DNA of 63,998 nt, filler included, from an uncultured bacterium (GCA_964429075.1; 10 parts of 10 records of this genome joined end to end with filler, not necessarily neighbours in it); one strand, 5' to 3'. Counted from the whole stretch's first letter, positions 1 to 11,392 are shown. Notes: generated from the sequence alone by a model not told the origin. A program made the numbers and translations.

Positions 1-37
1 TTACTGAGAGACAATACAAAGATATTTGTTAATGCTG

Positions 38-103
38 TTGACATTTGGGTGGTATATATGATACATAAAGTGGTATAAAGTGGAATTAAGTGGTTTATAG
101 GGA
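38..103 (+). promoter_or_regulatory. dcw promoter with MraZ-box direct repeats
   Basis: TTGACA at 38-43; AAGTGG repeated with exact 10-bp period at 68, 78 and 88, directly upstream of mraZ, as for known GTGG-type MraZ boxes. Confidence 0.75.
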
Positions 104-108
104 GCTCC

Positions 109-558
109 ATGTTTCACGGGCTATATATACATACGCTTGATAAAAAGGGCAGGGTTAGTGTACCTTCACAATTTAGAGAGATTATTAAATCGCAGGGTTC
201 TGAAAAACTTGTAATAACCAAACACCTCAGTTTTCCGTGTTTAATCTGTTATTCGTACAACGAATGGCGTCGATTAGAAGATAAACTGTCACAACTGTCT
301 ATTTTTGATCCATCATCATCTCGACTTATAAGGATGCTTGTTACAAGGGCAAAGGATGCCCCAATTGATGGCAATGGCCGCATACTTATCCCGCAGGATT
401 TAAGGGATGTTGCCGGAATTGATAGAGAGGTGGTCTGGGCAGGTATGAACAGGGTGATGGAGCTATGGAGTGTGGAAAACTGGCAAAAAGAGCAGCAGTC
501 TATAACAGAGGAGGATTTAACCCGGGTTGTTGAAATAATGAAAAGTATAGGAACATAA
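109..558 (+). CDS. mraZ: division/cell wall cluster transcriptional repressor MraZ
   Basis: Two DxxGR motifs (LDKKGRVSVP, IDGNGRILIP); first gene of the dcw cluster. Confidence 0.97.
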   Translation: MFHGLYIHTLDKKGRVSVPSQFREIIKSQGSEKLVITKHLSFPCLICYSYNEWRRLEDKLSQLSIFDPSSSRLIRMLVTRAKDAPIDGNGRILIPQDLRDVAGIDREVVWAGMNRVMELWSVENWQKEQQSITEEDLTRVVEIMKSIGT

Positions 559-560
559 GG

Positions 561-1514
561 GTGCAAAAGGGCATAGAAATATATCATACACCTGTCCTTA
601 AAGAGAGGGTTTTTGAGTTTTTAAAAAGAGATTGGGACACTGTCTTTCTTGACTGTACAGTTGGAGCAGGAGGGCATGCAGAGTTTATTTTGCAAAGGGC
701 ACCATGGATAAAGCTATATATCGGTATTGATAGAGACAAAGATATCCTAACTCTCTGTAAAAAAAGATTATCAAAGTTCAAAGACAGGGTACATCTTTAT
801 CATGGAAATTTTTCAAATTTTGACAACATACTACAACAGGAGTCACTGGATTCGGTAGGTTATATGCTGCTCGATCTTGGTATCTCTTCATATCAGATCG
901 ATGATCCTAAGCGAGGTTTTAGCTTTATGAAAGATGGCCCGCTTGATATGCGTATGGACAAGGGGCAAAAAAAGAGCCTTAAAGATTTTCTTACAGAATG
1001 GAATGAAAAAGAACTGGCCAGGATCCTGAACAGATATGGTGAAGTCAAAAACTCTTACCGCTATGCCAGGGCTATATTGCGAGACTTTCAGGAAAATAGG
1101 ATAAAAAAAACTGGCGATCTTGCAAAGAGCATCGAAGAGGTTATGCCACCATCAATGAGATATAGAAGTTACAACCTCCTCGCAAAAATCTTTCAGGCAC
1201 TCAGGATAGTAGTTAACAGAGAATTAGAAGAACTTAGTATTTTTTTAAAGAAATTTATAAACTGGTTGCGTGTAGGTGGACGGGTCTTTATTATTAGCTT
1301 TCACTCCTTGGAAGACAGGATGGTTAAACAGTGTTTCAGGTATCTTGAAAAGGATTGTATATGCCCTCCATCGATTCCCTACTGTAGATGTAATAAAAAA
1401 AGGCAGCTGATAAGACTCAATAAAAAGGTAATTAAACCTGATAAAAGTGAGATAGCGCACAATCCAAGGGCAAGGAGTGCAAAATTAAGAGCGGGGGAGA
1501 AGATAGATGGCTAA
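561..1514 (+). CDS. rsmH: 16S rRNA m4C1402 methyltransferase RsmH
   Basis: HTPVL, DCTVGAGGH, DLGISS, GPLDMRM, SFHSLEDR and NPRARSAKLR motifs. Confidence 0.97.
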   Translation: MQKGIEIYHTPVLKERVFEFLKRDWDTVFLDCTVGAGGHAEFILQRAPWIKLYIGIDRDKDILTLCKKRLSKFKDRVHLYHGNFSNFDNILQQESLDSVGYMLLDLGISSYQIDDPKRGFSFMKDGPLDMRMDKGQKKSLKDFLTEWNEKELARILNRYGEVKNSYRYARAILRDFQENRIKKTGDLAKSIEEVMPPSMRYRSYNLLAKIFQALRIVVNRELEELSIFLKKFINWLRVGGRVFIISFHSLEDRMVKQCFRYLEKDCICPPSIPYCRCNKKRQLIRLNKKVIKPDKSEIAHNPRARSAKLRAGEKIDG

Positions 1515-1857
1515 TATGGCTATAACAACAAAGTCGGTTGCCTCAATAAAGAGCAGGCAGCAGGACCATTCTATATCACTGTTTGTCTTGAGGAAGGCAA
1601 AATTTCTTACCATCTTAGTTTTTTTATTTCTTGCACTCTTTCATGTTTGGATTTCTTTTAAGACCCTTTCTCTCGGGATGGCAATTACGGCAGAAAACAG
1701 GCACTGGGAACAGTTATTACAGGAGAACCAGAAACTACGTCTTGAGCTTTCTTCTCTTTCAGGTCCTGAAAGGATACATAATATTTCTTCAAAGCTTCTC
1801 AACATGAGATATCCTGAGAAGAGTCAGTTTGTCATCATAGGTGAGTCTGATGATTAA
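1507..1857 (+). CDS. ftsL: cell division protein FtsL-like
   Basis: Single TM segment plus coiled coil ending LSGPERI; lies between rsmH and ftsI. Confidence 0.8.
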   Translation: MANMAITTKSVASIKSRQQDHSISLFVLRKAKFLTILVFLFLALFHVWISFKTLSLGMAITAENRHWEQLLQENQKLRLELSSLSGPERIHNISSKLLNMRYPEKSQFVIIGESDD

Positions 1858-3829
1858 CGAGTCAAAGGCACTCAGGTTAAGAATACTGTTTATTGCAAGT
1901 ATAGTTACACTTGCAGCTGTTGCTGTACTGATTAGGGCCTATCAACTTCAGATAATTGATAGAGGGAGACTTTACAGAGAAGCAATCTGGCAGTTCAAAA
2001 AGCAGATGAAACTTGCCCCAAAAAGGGGAATAATCTTCGATCGAAATCGCACGCCTCTTGCAATCAGTCTTGATGTTCATTCGATTTATGCAGATCCAAT
2101 TAAGGTAAAAGATAAACAAAAAACTGCAAAGATATTATCCAAACTAACCGGTGTATCCCAGAAGACAATCCTGAGACGGCTCAATAGCAAAAGAAGATTT
2201 GTCTGGATAAAGCGCAAGGTCAGTGAAGATGTTGCTAAGGCTGTTAGGGAGAAAAGGCTTGAAGGGATAGAAATGGTGAAGGAGAGCAAGAGGTTCTATC
2301 CAAATGGTGAACTTCTGGCTCAGGTGCTCGGATTTACAAACATCGATTCAGAAGGACTTGCAGGTATAGAATTAAAATACGATTATCTTTTATCTGGTTA
2401 TCAATATAAACTATCAGTGATGAGAGATGGAAGGGGGAGGAGGTATATCTTAGATGAAAATATTCTGCCAGACAGCTCAAGAGGTGCAAATCTTATCCTT
2501 ACAATAGACAGAAATATTCAGTATATTGTTGAAGAAGAGGTAAAAAAGATCTATCAAAAGTATACACCAAAAGGAATAATTGCTGTTGTAAGCAATCCAA
2601 AAAACGGGAAGATACTTGCACTTGCGAACTATCCCACCTTTGATCCCAATGAGTATCAAAATTACAACACCTCAACATTTAAAAACAGGGCTGTTACAGA
2701 TGTTTTTGAACCAGGCTCAACTATGAAGGTATTTTTGATGGCAGCTGCCCTCAACGAAGGTGTGGTTGACGAAGATGAGAAGATTGATTGCGAGGGTGGT
2801 GTTGTTAAGATAGATGGAGTAACGATTCACGATTCTCACCCCTTTGGTAAACTTTCAATAGATGAGATACTAATCCACTCAAGCAATATAGGTTCAGGCA
2901 AGATAGCAGCTCGACTTGGTAAAGAGGTTTACTATAGATATCTTAGAGAATTCGGATTCGGTCAGAAGACCGGTATTGAACTCCCTGCAGAATCAAGAGG
3001 GCTGTTGCGCCCTCCCAACAGGTGGTACAGGGTAGATCTATTTAATCATGCCTTTGGACAGGGCCTTTCTGTTACAGCCATTCAGTTGATTGCAGCATTG
3101 AATACTATCGCTAACAGAGGTGTCTATCTGGCACCCACAATTGTTGAAAGTGCTGAATTCCCTGGAGGCACTATGATGCCTGCACGTAATCAAAAGAAAA
3201 AGAGGGTAGTCAGTGAAGAGGTCGCTGTTAAGGTTACAAAGATGATGGAGGGTGTTGTCTCAAACATAGGAACCGGCAAGTATGCAAAGGTGAGGGGTTA
3301 CAGGGTTGCAGGAAAGACCGGTACAGCCCAGAAGCTTGACCCTGAGACCGGTAAATATTCAAAGAAACGCTGGACTTCTCTCTTTATGGGCTTTGTCCCT
3401 GCAGATCATCCTGTTTTAAGTGCAGTAATTGTTGTTGATGAGCCAGAAGGGGAGTATTACGGTGGTAAAGTTGCTGCCCCTGCCTTTGCAGCAATAATGG
3501 ACAGAATACTTAAGTATATAAATGTTGTTCCACTCGATAGTGTGGAAAAGGTAAAGGTTACAAGAAATGAAGAATCACAGATTATCAAAAGGGATCGCAG
3601 GATATTTCCTCTATACTTTAGTGGGTCAAAAAGTAATAAGACTACCAACAGAATACCAAATTTTGTGGGTCTTGGGTTAAAGGATGCATTAAGGGTCAGT
3701 CTTAGAATGGGTCTCAAGCTTGATGTATCAGGCAGTGGAGTATGTGTAAGTCAGTGGCCAAAGCCAGGGAGCAGGATCCCATCAGGTAGAAAGGTCAGGC
3801 TGGTATTGGAGGACTACTTTGATGATTGA
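1850..3829 (+). CDS. ftsI: penicillin-binding protein 3 (FtsI) with C-terminal PASTA domain
   Basis: RGxIxDR, EPGSTMK (SxxK), SSN and KTGT motifs; PASTA-like IPNFVGL tail; start could be GTG at 1841. Confidence 0.93.
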   Translation: MINESKALRLRILFIASIVTLAAVAVLIRAYQLQIIDRGRLYREAIWQFKKQMKLAPKRGIIFDRNRTPLAISLDVHSIYADPIKVKDKQKTAKILSKLTGVSQKTILRRLNSKRRFVWIKRKVSEDVAKAVREKRLEGIEMVKESKRFYPNGELLAQVLGFTNIDSEGLAGIELKYDYLLSGYQYKLSVMRDGRGRRYILDENILPDSSRGANLILTIDRNIQYIVEEEVKKIYQKYTPKGIIAVVSNPKNGKILALANYPTFDPNEYQNYNTSTFKNRAVTDVFEPGSTMKVFLMAAALNEGVVDEDEKIDCEGGVVKIDGVTIHDSHPFGKLSIDEILIHSSNIGSGKIAARLGKEVYYRYLREFGFGQKTGIELPAESRGLLRPPNRWYRVDLFNHAFGQGLSVTAIQLIAALNTIANRGVYLAPTIVESAEFPGGTMMPARNQKKKRVVSEEVAVKVTKMMEGVVSNIGTGKYAKVRGYRVAGKTGTAQKLDPETGKYSKKRWTSLFMGFVPADHPVLSAVIVVDEPEGEYYGGKVAAPAFAAIMDRILKYINVVPLDSVEKVKVTRNEESQIIKRDRRIFPLYFSGSKSNKTTNRIPNFVGLGLKDALRVSLRMGLKLDVSGSGVCVSQWPKPGSRIPSGRKVRLVLEDYFDD

Positions 3830-5288
3830 AAAAAAGACAATAAAAGGTCTGCTTAACCTCCTTGGTGTATCAAGTGAAAAAGTGGTCTTTCATGAAAAAG
3901 AGATATTGGGTATATCTTCAAATACAAAGAGGATCAACAAGGACTGGGTATTCTTTGCTCTACCGGGGACAAACTCACATGGGATAGAGTTTGTAGAGGA
4001 GGCTGTTGACAGAGGTGCATCAATAATAATAACTGACACAAAAATAGATAGAAAACTGAATGTCCCCACAGTCTTGGTCCCATCTTCAAGGGAGGCACTC
4101 CGAAAGGCGGTATCATGGTTTTTTGATTATCCAGAGGAGCATCTTTCTGCAATTGGAGTTACGGGGACAAATGGGAAGACAACAACCACATATTTGATTG
4201 AATCCATCTTACACAGTGCCCGGAGGAGATCAATTTTAATAGGAACGATAGAGTATCGTATTAACAAAAAAAGAATAATGAATGGCCTGACAACTCCAGA
4301 GCCAGAAATACTCTTTGGTCTTATGAGAAAGGGTGCAGATGAGGGTGCTGAGTTTCTTATAATGGAGGTTTCATCACATTCCCTTCAACAGGACAGAACA
4401 GGTGATCTTTTGTTTGACATTGCAATCTTCACGAATCTTACTCAGGACCATCTGGATTACCATAAGGATATGGATGATTATCTTTTTGCAAAATTGAAGA
4501 TTGTTGAAAAACTCAAACCTGCCTCAACATTTTTAATCAATTTAGATGATAGATATGCTCCCCGTTTTATGGATAGATGTAACAAATTTGGCAAAAGATT
4601 TCTAACCTATGGAACACATCCCGATGCAGATATAAGATTTGCTGCAAAACAAAAAAAGAGTGGACTTGAGGTAAAAATAGATCTCTTTGATGAAACCTTA
4701 GTTGTAACTACTCCAATGCTCGGCTTTTTTAACGCATATAATGTGGTTTCAGCAGCACTATGCTGTCATCTACTCGGGATTGATAAAGAAAAAATAGTTG
4801 AAGGAATTGAATTATTACAGGGAGTGCCAGGCAGGATGGAGCGTATAAAAACTCCAAGAGATATCCTTGCAGTTGTCGATTATTCTCATACACCAGATTC
4901 ACTTGAAAAGGCACTGCTTGTACTAAGAAGTTATACTAAAAAGAGATTAATATGTGTATTTGGTTGTGGAGGTGATCGAGACAAAAAGAAAAGACCTATG
5001 ATGGGAAGGATTGCCTCAAAACTTGCTGATATTGTTGTGATTACATCTGATAATCCGAGGACTGAGGATCCAGATAGTATAATTGATGACATAAAAAGTG
5101 GTATAAGTGATTCAAAATATTACACAATTACAAACAGGAAAGAGGCAATAAAATTTGCTTGTGAGATCGCAGAAGAGGGAGATACTATTCTGGTAGCTGG
5201 CAAAGGTCATGAAGACTATCAAATAATTGGTAATAAAAAGGTCTTTTTTTCAGATCAAAAAGAGCTGTTAAGATGGCTAAAAAAATAG
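3819..5288 (+). CDS. murE: UDP-MurNAc-tripeptide synthetase (meso-DAP-adding)
   Basis: GTNGKTT, MEVSSH, DHLDYH and DYSHTPD; DNPR indicates DAP specificity. Confidence 0.97.
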   Translation: MMIEKKTIKGLLNLLGVSSEKVVFHEKEILGISSNTKRINKDWVFFALPGTNSHGIEFVEEAVDRGASIIITDTKIDRKLNVPTVLVPSSREALRKAVSWFFDYPEEHLSAIGVTGTNGKTTTTYLIESILHSARRRSILIGTIEYRINKKRIMNGLTTPEPEILFGLMRKGADEGAEFLIMEVSSHSLQQDRTGDLLFDIAIFTNLTQDHLDYHKDMDDYLFAKLKIVEKLKPASTFLINLDDRYAPRFMDRCNKFGKRFLTYGTHPDADIRFAAKQKKSGLEVKIDLFDETLVVTTPMLGFFNAYNVVSAALCCHLLGIDKEKIVEGIELLQGVPGRMERIKTPRDILAVVDYSHTPDSLEKALLVLRSYTKKRLICVFGCGGDRDKKKRPMMGRIASKLADIVVITSDNPRTEDPDSIIDDIKSGISDSKYYTITNRKEAIKFACEIAEEGDTILVAGKGHEDYQIIGNKKVFFSDQKELLRWLKK

Positions 5289-6630
5289 TAGAAAGATACA
5301 CTCTGGGAGAGATTGCAGGATTGACAGGGGCTGGATTGTTTGCAGACCCTAAAGGAGTAATAAAGGGAATCTCTATTGATTCAAGAAAGTTAAATAAAGA
5401 TGAAATCTTTGTGGCAATAAGAGGTAAAAGGTTTGATGGACATCAATTTATTGATGAGGCAATCCAAAAGGGTGCAAGCTGTGTTGTTGTAGAAAAAGGA
5501 TATAAAATAAACAGTGATATAGACAGGCTGGTTGTAGATAATACAATTGCTTGGTTAGGTAGCTTGGCAAAGGTTATTCTTTCTGACTGGTCTGGTAAAA
5601 GAGTCGCAATTACAGGAAGTAGTGGTAAAACTACAACAAAAGAGATGCTCCAGCATATGTTAAAAGCCTTTACTGAGGTTATATCTAATCCTGGTAATTT
5701 TAACAATCAGATTGGGCTACCACTTTCAATCTTTCAGATCAAAGAAGATGATAAGATAGCAGTACTTGAGTTGGGCACCAATTCGAAAGGCGAGATAAGG
5801 TATCTTACTTCAATCATAGATCCTGATGTATATGGAGTTACAAATGTAACATGTGCACATATAGGTAATTTTGGCAGTTTTGAAAGTCTTTTAGAAGAAA
5901 AACTCTCCGGTATTGATCTGCTCAAAGAAGATTCAGTTGTTTTATTAAATGAGCGTCTTAAAAGTCAGACTTCAGGATATAAGAAAGAGATTATTTTCTA
6001 CGGCACAGATAGATCATCTGAATACAGAATTGATAATATCTACCAGAGAGGATGGGATAGTAGATTTCGTTTTAACTATAAAAACAGATCTGTTGATGTT
6101 GATCTTACTCTACCAGGATTACATAACATATTTAATGCATCCTTTGCCCTTGCCATTGTAGATCTACTTGGATTTGAGTTAAATGATGCAGCATTCAGAC
6201 TGAAAGATTTTAGAGGCCTTTCTATGCGCATGGAGAGGATGAAGGCAGGTAATCTTACTCTCATTCTCGACTGTTACAACGCCAATCCAGATTCAACAAA
6301 GGCTGCAATAGATACTATTAGTAAGATATATGATCCAGAAGAGGTGATTCTTGTCCTTGGTGATATGCTTGAACTTGGTGAACTATCACCAGTCTACCAC
6401 GAAGAGGTGGGGTCTCATGCAGCAAAACTTGGGTTCAAAGTCCTTTTGGCAGTAGGACCTCTCTCTGAAAATACAAAAAATGGATTTTTAAAAGAGGGAG
6501 GTGATACTGCAGTATGGGCCGAAGATGTGGATAGGGCGGGTGTATTGATTGAGGAATTACTTGAGGGTCACAAGGTGGTGCTATTGAAGGCATCAAGAGC
6601 ACTGAAACTCGAACGCCTTGTTGATTATAT
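5273..6630 (+). CDS. murF: UDP-MurNAc-pentapeptide synthetase (last few codons lost at contig end)
   Basis: GSSGKTTTK, NFNNQIG, DCYNANP, LGDMLELG and LKASR motifs. Confidence 0.95.
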
Positions 6631-6730
6631 NNNNNNNNNNNNNNNNNNNNNNNNNNNNNNNNNNNNNNNNNNNNTTAATTAATTAANNNNNNNNNNNNNN
6701 NNNNNNNNNNNNNNNNNNNNNNNNNNNNNN
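6631..6730. other. artificial contig spacer
   Basis: N44-TTAATTAATTAA-N44 (stops in all six frames). Confidence 0.99.
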
Positions 6731-7480
6731 CTTTTTTACTCTGTTTTTTTTTTTTCTATCAATATGCTTATCCTACCAATTATCTACATCTATTGTAACT
6801 ATCTTGTAATATATTTGTTACTCTCTATCTAAATAATTCCTTCCCACAAAGTCTTCTTTTAGAAGTATTATCAGAAAATCTCTTACACGCCACTTGCCAT
6901 AAAAAAATACTCACCTCTTTTTCTATAAACGCCTTTTTGTAAACAAAAACCAGTATATCTCTATAAATTTGCCCCTTTTCTTTAAGAAAAACTCTCAAAT
7001 CTACCAATCCCTCTTTTAATCTCCACAAAAAACAGATAAAATTCTCATATACTTCGTTGCTATTACACTTTTTTAAAATCTAATCCACTAAAGAGGACAT
7101 CTTTCTCAAAAATCTTCTTTATACTAAGTACAAAATTGCAAAAACCTTTTCCACGATTTCGTTACCAACTACCATCCCCTATTACAATCTTCGAAAATCA
7201 CTTTTGCTCACTCTCTGACCCCTATGTCAATTTTACATAAAATCATGGGTAAGTGCCAGATTAGTTTCACTCTTTCAAATAACAAATCTATCTGGTTAAG
7301 CTCTCTATAAGTTTCCATCCCTTCCATTACCCTTTTTATTACTCTAAATGCTATATATCTATTACTGGGTATTCCTATCGCTTTCTTGTGACTATTTTTC
7401 TATGTGAATATATTATTTTGCTAAGCCTGCTATATCCAAAGGATTTTGTCCTATCCCCCCTGTTTTTTTCTTACCCGTTT
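6731..7480 (-). pseudogene. decayed coding remnant, possibly IS1634-like transposase
   Basis: No intact ORF; strongly purine-rich minus strand; scattered fragments FGYSR, GIP and a frameshifted VIF...(N)RG/MVV in IS1634-like order. Confidence 0.3.
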
Positions 7481-7510
7481 CCTGTGTCAGTAACCGTTTA
7501 GATAGTATAC

Positions 7511-7551
7511 TTGACAAAAGTGAGGGTCGATGATATTTAAACGAACGTTCG
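7511..7551 (+). promoter_or_regulatory. sigma70-type promoter with palindromic operator
   Basis: TTGACA 7511-7516, TGnTATTTA 7531-7539, perfect palindrome CGAACGTTCG 7542-7551. Confidence 0.6.
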
Positions 7552-7559
7552 ATAATATT

Positions 7560-8141
7560 ATGGGTAAAAAACAGGAACAAAAATTTGACAATATCCTTGA
7601 TGCTGTGGCCAAGGTTGTCTCAGAAAAGGGATATGGCGGTGCAGCAATGAGGATGGTTGCAAAGGAGGCCAACATCAGCCTTGCAGGGATGTATTACTAT
7701 TTTAGTAGTAAAGATGAGATGCTCTTTAGGATCCAGTATGAAACATTCAGGAGCATTGTTGATACCCTCAAGATAAAATTAAAACAGGCAAAGACAGATA
7801 AAGAAAAAATTAGAGCAATAGTAGAAAATCATGTATCTCATTTTACAAAAGACATGAATAGGCTGAAAGTATGTGTGCATGAGCTGGAGAGTCTCAAAGG
7901 AGAATACTATCAACGAGTTCTTGATGTAAGAAGAGATTATTTTAAGCTTGTAAAAGATACTGTAGAGTCAATAACAAATAAGGATGGCTATATTGCATCA
8001 CTACTGTTGTTCGGGATGATAAACTGGATATATACCTGGTACAGGCCAAGAGGGAGAATAAAAAAGGAGGATTTGATAAATCAAACGGTAAATATTTTTT
8101 TAAATGGTATTAATGGGCAAAAGGAGGAAGATCATGTTTGA
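7560..8141 (+). CDS. TetR/AcrR family regulator (KstR2/PaaR-like C-terminus)
   Basis: N-terminal HTH (VAKEANISLAGMYYYFSSKDE); C-terminal GMINWIYTWYRP. Confidence 0.9.
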   Translation: MGKKQEQKFDNILDAVAKVVSEKGYGGAAMRMVAKEANISLAGMYYYFSSKDEMLFRIQYETFRSIVDTLKIKLKQAKTDKEKIRAIVENHVSHFTKDMNRLKVCVHELESLKGEYYQRVLDVRRDYFKLVKDTVESITNKDGYIASLLLFGMINWIYTWYRPRGRIKKEDLINQTVNIFLNGINGQKEEDHV

Positions 8142-9279
8142 AAGGTTTAAAGAGTGGTATTACAACAGGCATGAGTATGCAAAAAGGTGGAAAGAGGAAA
8201 AGGGAGGTAAGATAATAGGTACATTTTGCACCTATGTCCCAGAAGAGATAATCTATGCTGCCGGGGCCCTTCCTGTAAGAGTACTCGGGAGTCATGAACC
8301 GCAGGATGTCTCTGAGAGGTACATCTTTTCTATGTTCTGTCCCTTCTGCCGTGATGTCCTTGCTCAGGGTCTTAAGGGTCGCTATTCCTATCTTGATGGT
8401 ATAACAATTGCACAATCCTGTCTGCATCTCAGGCAGGCATATACTTCCTGGCAAAACCACGTCCCTGTGGATTTTGATTATTATATTTACATGCCGATGA
8501 AGGTTCAGACCCCACATGCAGTCCCTTATTATGCATCAGAGATATCAAAGTATAAAGACTCCCTCGAGCAGTGGATGGGGAAAAGTATAACCGATAGTGA
8601 TATTGAAGAAGCAATTGAGATAGTGAATGAAAACAGGAAACTCTTGCATAAACTTTATGAGTTTCGCAAGATGAATCCTCCACTGTTAACAGGCACAGAG
8701 TCGATGTTTGTAAGTGTAACCTCTCAATTTATCGACAAAAGAGAACACTCAGAGGAATTAAAAAAGCTCCTTGAAAAATTGCCAGACAGAAAGCCACCTG
8801 TAGATGAAGAAAAAAAGAGGTTGATGATAATTGGTAGCGAAAATGATGACATAGAACTTCTTGATATGATAGAATCTCTGAATGCAGTAATTGTTACAGA
8901 CGATCATTGTACCGGGACACGCTATTTCTACAATACGGTGGAAGATCATAAAGATGGACTTTTGCATGCAATATCTCAGAGGTACATAAAACGCCCACCA
9001 TGTCCCAATAAGGATTGGGAAGTAAGGACTAGATTTCCCCACATACTCAAACTCTACGAGGACTTTGGTGCTGAGGGAGTGATACTATTACAACAAAAAT
9101 TCTGTGATCCTCATGAACTCGACATACCACCACTTACAGCCTTCTTAAAAGAGAGAGACATTCCGGTACTATTCCTCGAACTGGATGTTACAGTGCCAAA
9201 GGGGCAATTTAGAATAAGGGTAGAGGCCTTTTTGGAGATGATGAGTCAGGCTGATCTTTTTGATGAAGATCTTTTTTAA
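8134..9279 (+). CDS. bzdN: benzoyl-CoA reductase, bzd-type, subunit N
   Basis: HgdB/FldC fold; [26 protein letters not shown] and KFCDPH; RBS AAGGAGG. Confidence 0.9.
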   Translation: MFERFKEWYYNRHEYAKRWKEEKGGKIIGTFCTYVPEEIIYAAGALPVRVLGSHEPQDVSERYIFSMFCPFCRDVLAQGLKGRYSYLDGITIAQSCLHLRQAYTSWQNHVPVDFDYYIYMPMKVQTPHAVPYYASEISKYKDSLEQWMGKSITDSDIEEAIEIVNENRKLLHKLYEFRKMNPPLLTGTESMFVSVTSQFIDKREHSEELKKLLEKLPDRKPPVDEEKKRLMIIGSENDDIELLDMIESLNAVIVTDDHCTGTRYFYNTVEDHKDGLLHAISQRYIKRPPCPNKDWEVRTRFPHILKLYEDFGAEGVILLQQKFCDPHELDIPPLTAFLKERDIPVLFLELDVTVPKGQFRIRVEAFLEMMSQADLFDEDLF

Positions 9280-9290
9280 TGGAGAGAGCT

Positions 9291-10589
9291 ATGGCTAAAT
9301 ATAAGACAGAACCCCTTAGATGTTGGAAAAAGGCAAAAGAGCTGAGACTGAAATACTATAAAGACTTTAAGGAGGCAAAAGAAAAAGGTGGTCTCAGGTG
9401 GACAGGCGGTGCATGGTCATTCGATGCACTTCCTGCTGGTCTTGGTGATGATGTCTATAATATCACCGGTGAACCATATGGTGCATCCATTGCCTTTGAT
9501 AGAGAGTTTGCAAAGCGCTGTCAGGAAGCAACAGAAGCTAAGGGATGGGCAAGAGATCTATGCTCCTACATGAGAAACTACTGGGGTTCCATGTATCTTA
9601 ATGAATATGCCTTTGGTGGAGAATATCCCACACCAGATTTTTGTTTTCAGGATCATATATGTTGCAGTCATGCAAAGTGGTATCAGCATGTTTCTGAATA
9701 TAAAAATATCCCCTTTTTCTGTATCGATGTAAGTGTTGGACCCTACAAAAAACTTGATAAAGATAGGCTGAATTATGTTGTAAACCAGATGGAAGAAGCA
9801 ATTGAGTGGATGGAAAAGATAACAGGCAGAAAATACGACGATGAAAAACTTATCCAAGCTGTATATAACGAATGCAGAAGTACATCTCTATGGGCAGAAA
9901 TCTGTACACTTAATAAAGCTGTACCTGCACCTCTAGATGAGAAGACGATGTATTCATTATATGTACTTGGAACTCTGAGGAAATCTTCAAAGGAGGTGGC
10001 AGACTTTTATGAAGAGTTAAGAGATGAGGTCAAATATCGTGTGGAAAATCAAATAGCTGCAATACCAAATGAGAAATGCAGGGTGATGTCTGACACCCAG
10101 CCACCATGGGCATTCTTGAAGATTTTTAGATATCTGCAGGAGTATGGTGCAGTGTCGATAGGGTCACTCTATACCTTTGGTCTTATTGGTATCTGGGAAG
10201 AGAAGGAGGATGGCACCTGGGGTCCAAGGACAACCCCTCAGGAGAAGGGTATAAAGATTGAGACAAGGAGACAGGCACTTGAAATCCTTGCAGACTGGAA
10301 CCTGAGTAAACCTGAATGGCAGCATTTTTACGATCCAGATATAAAATCAGAGATGATGAAACGGATTGTAAAAGAGTGGAAGGTTGATGGTGTTATGCTA
10401 CATCTCAACAGGGGTTGTGAGGGTTTAACCTGTGGAATAATGGAAAACAGACTGAGCCTACTTGAGATGGGGGTGCCCGTTATGACCTTTGAAGGTAATA
10501 TGGGTGATGAGAGGGAATTTGATGAGGCAAGGACCAGGAGCCGAATAGACTCCTTTATGGAGACCTTGGGGTTAAAAAGTGTAAGTTGA
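9291..10589 (+). CDS. bzdO: benzoyl-CoA reductase, bzd-type, subunit O
   Basis: [45 protein letters not shown] and HLNRGCEG. Confidence 0.92.
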   Translation: MAKYKTEPLRCWKKAKELRLKYYKDFKEAKEKGGLRWTGGAWSFDALPAGLGDDVYNITGEPYGASIAFDREFAKRCQEATEAKGWARDLCSYMRNYWGSMYLNEYAFGGEYPTPDFCFQDHICCSHAKWYQHVSEYKNIPFFCIDVSVGPYKKLDKDRLNYVVNQMEEAIEWMEKITGRKYDDEKLIQAVYNECRSTSLWAEICTLNKAVPAPLDEKTMYSLYVLGTLRKSSKEVADFYEELRDEVKYRVENQIAAIPNEKCRVMSDTQPPWAFLKIFRYLQEYGAVSIGSLYTFGLIGIWEEKEDGTWGPRTTPQEKGIKIETRRQALEILADWNLSKPEWQHFYDPDIKSEMMKRIVKEWKVDGVMLHLNRGCEGLTCGIMENRLSLLEMGVPVMTFEGNMGDEREFDEARTRSRIDSFMETLGLKSVS

Positions 10590-10600
10590 TGGAGGTGACC

Positions 10601-11368
10601 ATGTCTTATATTGCAGGGCTCGATATAGGAGCAAAATTCATAAAAGCAGTACTTATGAAAGATAAAGAGGTGGTTGCAAGGTTTAAGTCAACCATCGGTT
10701 TTGATCAGAAGGCCTCTATAGAAGAGGCACTTTCAAATCTTCTTTCAGAAGGTGGTGTTAGAAAAGAGGATGTGAGTAAAATCATTGCTACAGGTGCAGG
10801 CAGGAAGCTTGTCGAATTTGCTGACGACTCTATCACAGAGATTTCTGCTGCAGCAGCTGGAGCCCACTATTTGTTTGATTCTGCACGGACAGTTGTAGAT
10901 GTGGGTGCTGAGGAGGGCAGGGCTATAAAGTGTGATGATAAAGGAAAGGTTGTTGATTTTGCAGTAAACGAAAAATGTGCTGCAGGTGCGGGTGCCTTTA
11001 CAGAGTCTATGTCAAGGGCACTTGAACTGAGTCTTGATGAGTTTGCAAAGATATCACTTGAGAGTGACAGAGAGATTGCAATGAATGCACAATGTACTGT
11101 ATTTGCTGAGTCTGAGGTAGTATCACTCCTTCATTCAAATGTCCCCAAAAAGGATATTGCAAGGGCAATTCATGATGCAATAGCAAGCAGGATAGGTGCA
11201 ATGGTAAGGAGGGTTGGATTAAATCAGGATGTTGTAGTTATTGGTGGACTTGCAAAGAATGTGGGTTTTATTGATTCCCTTAAGAGGAACCTCGGTTCAG
11301 AGATCCTTGTGCCAGAAGATCCCGAGTTTGGTAGTGCAATAGGTGCTGCCCTGTTGGGAAGCAATTGA
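10601..11368 (+). CDS. bzdP: benzoyl-CoA reductase ATPase/activase subunit P
   Basis: ASKHA activase motifs GLDIGA, DVGAEEGR, NEKCAAGAG and QCTVFAESEV. Confidence 0.88.
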   Translation: MSYIAGLDIGAKFIKAVLMKDKEVVARFKSTIGFDQKASIEEALSNLLSEGGVRKEDVSKIIATGAGRKLVEFADDSITEISAAAAGAHYLFDSARTVVDVGAEEGRAIKCDDKGKVVDFAVNEKCAAGAGAFTESMSRALELSLDEFAKISLESDREIAMNAQCTVFAESEVVSLLHSNVPKKDIARAIHDAIASRIGAMVRRVGLNQDVVVIGGLAKNVGFIDSLKRNLGSEILVPEDPEFGSAIGAALLGSN

Positions 11369-11392
11369 TCGAACGATCATAAGGAGGAAAAG

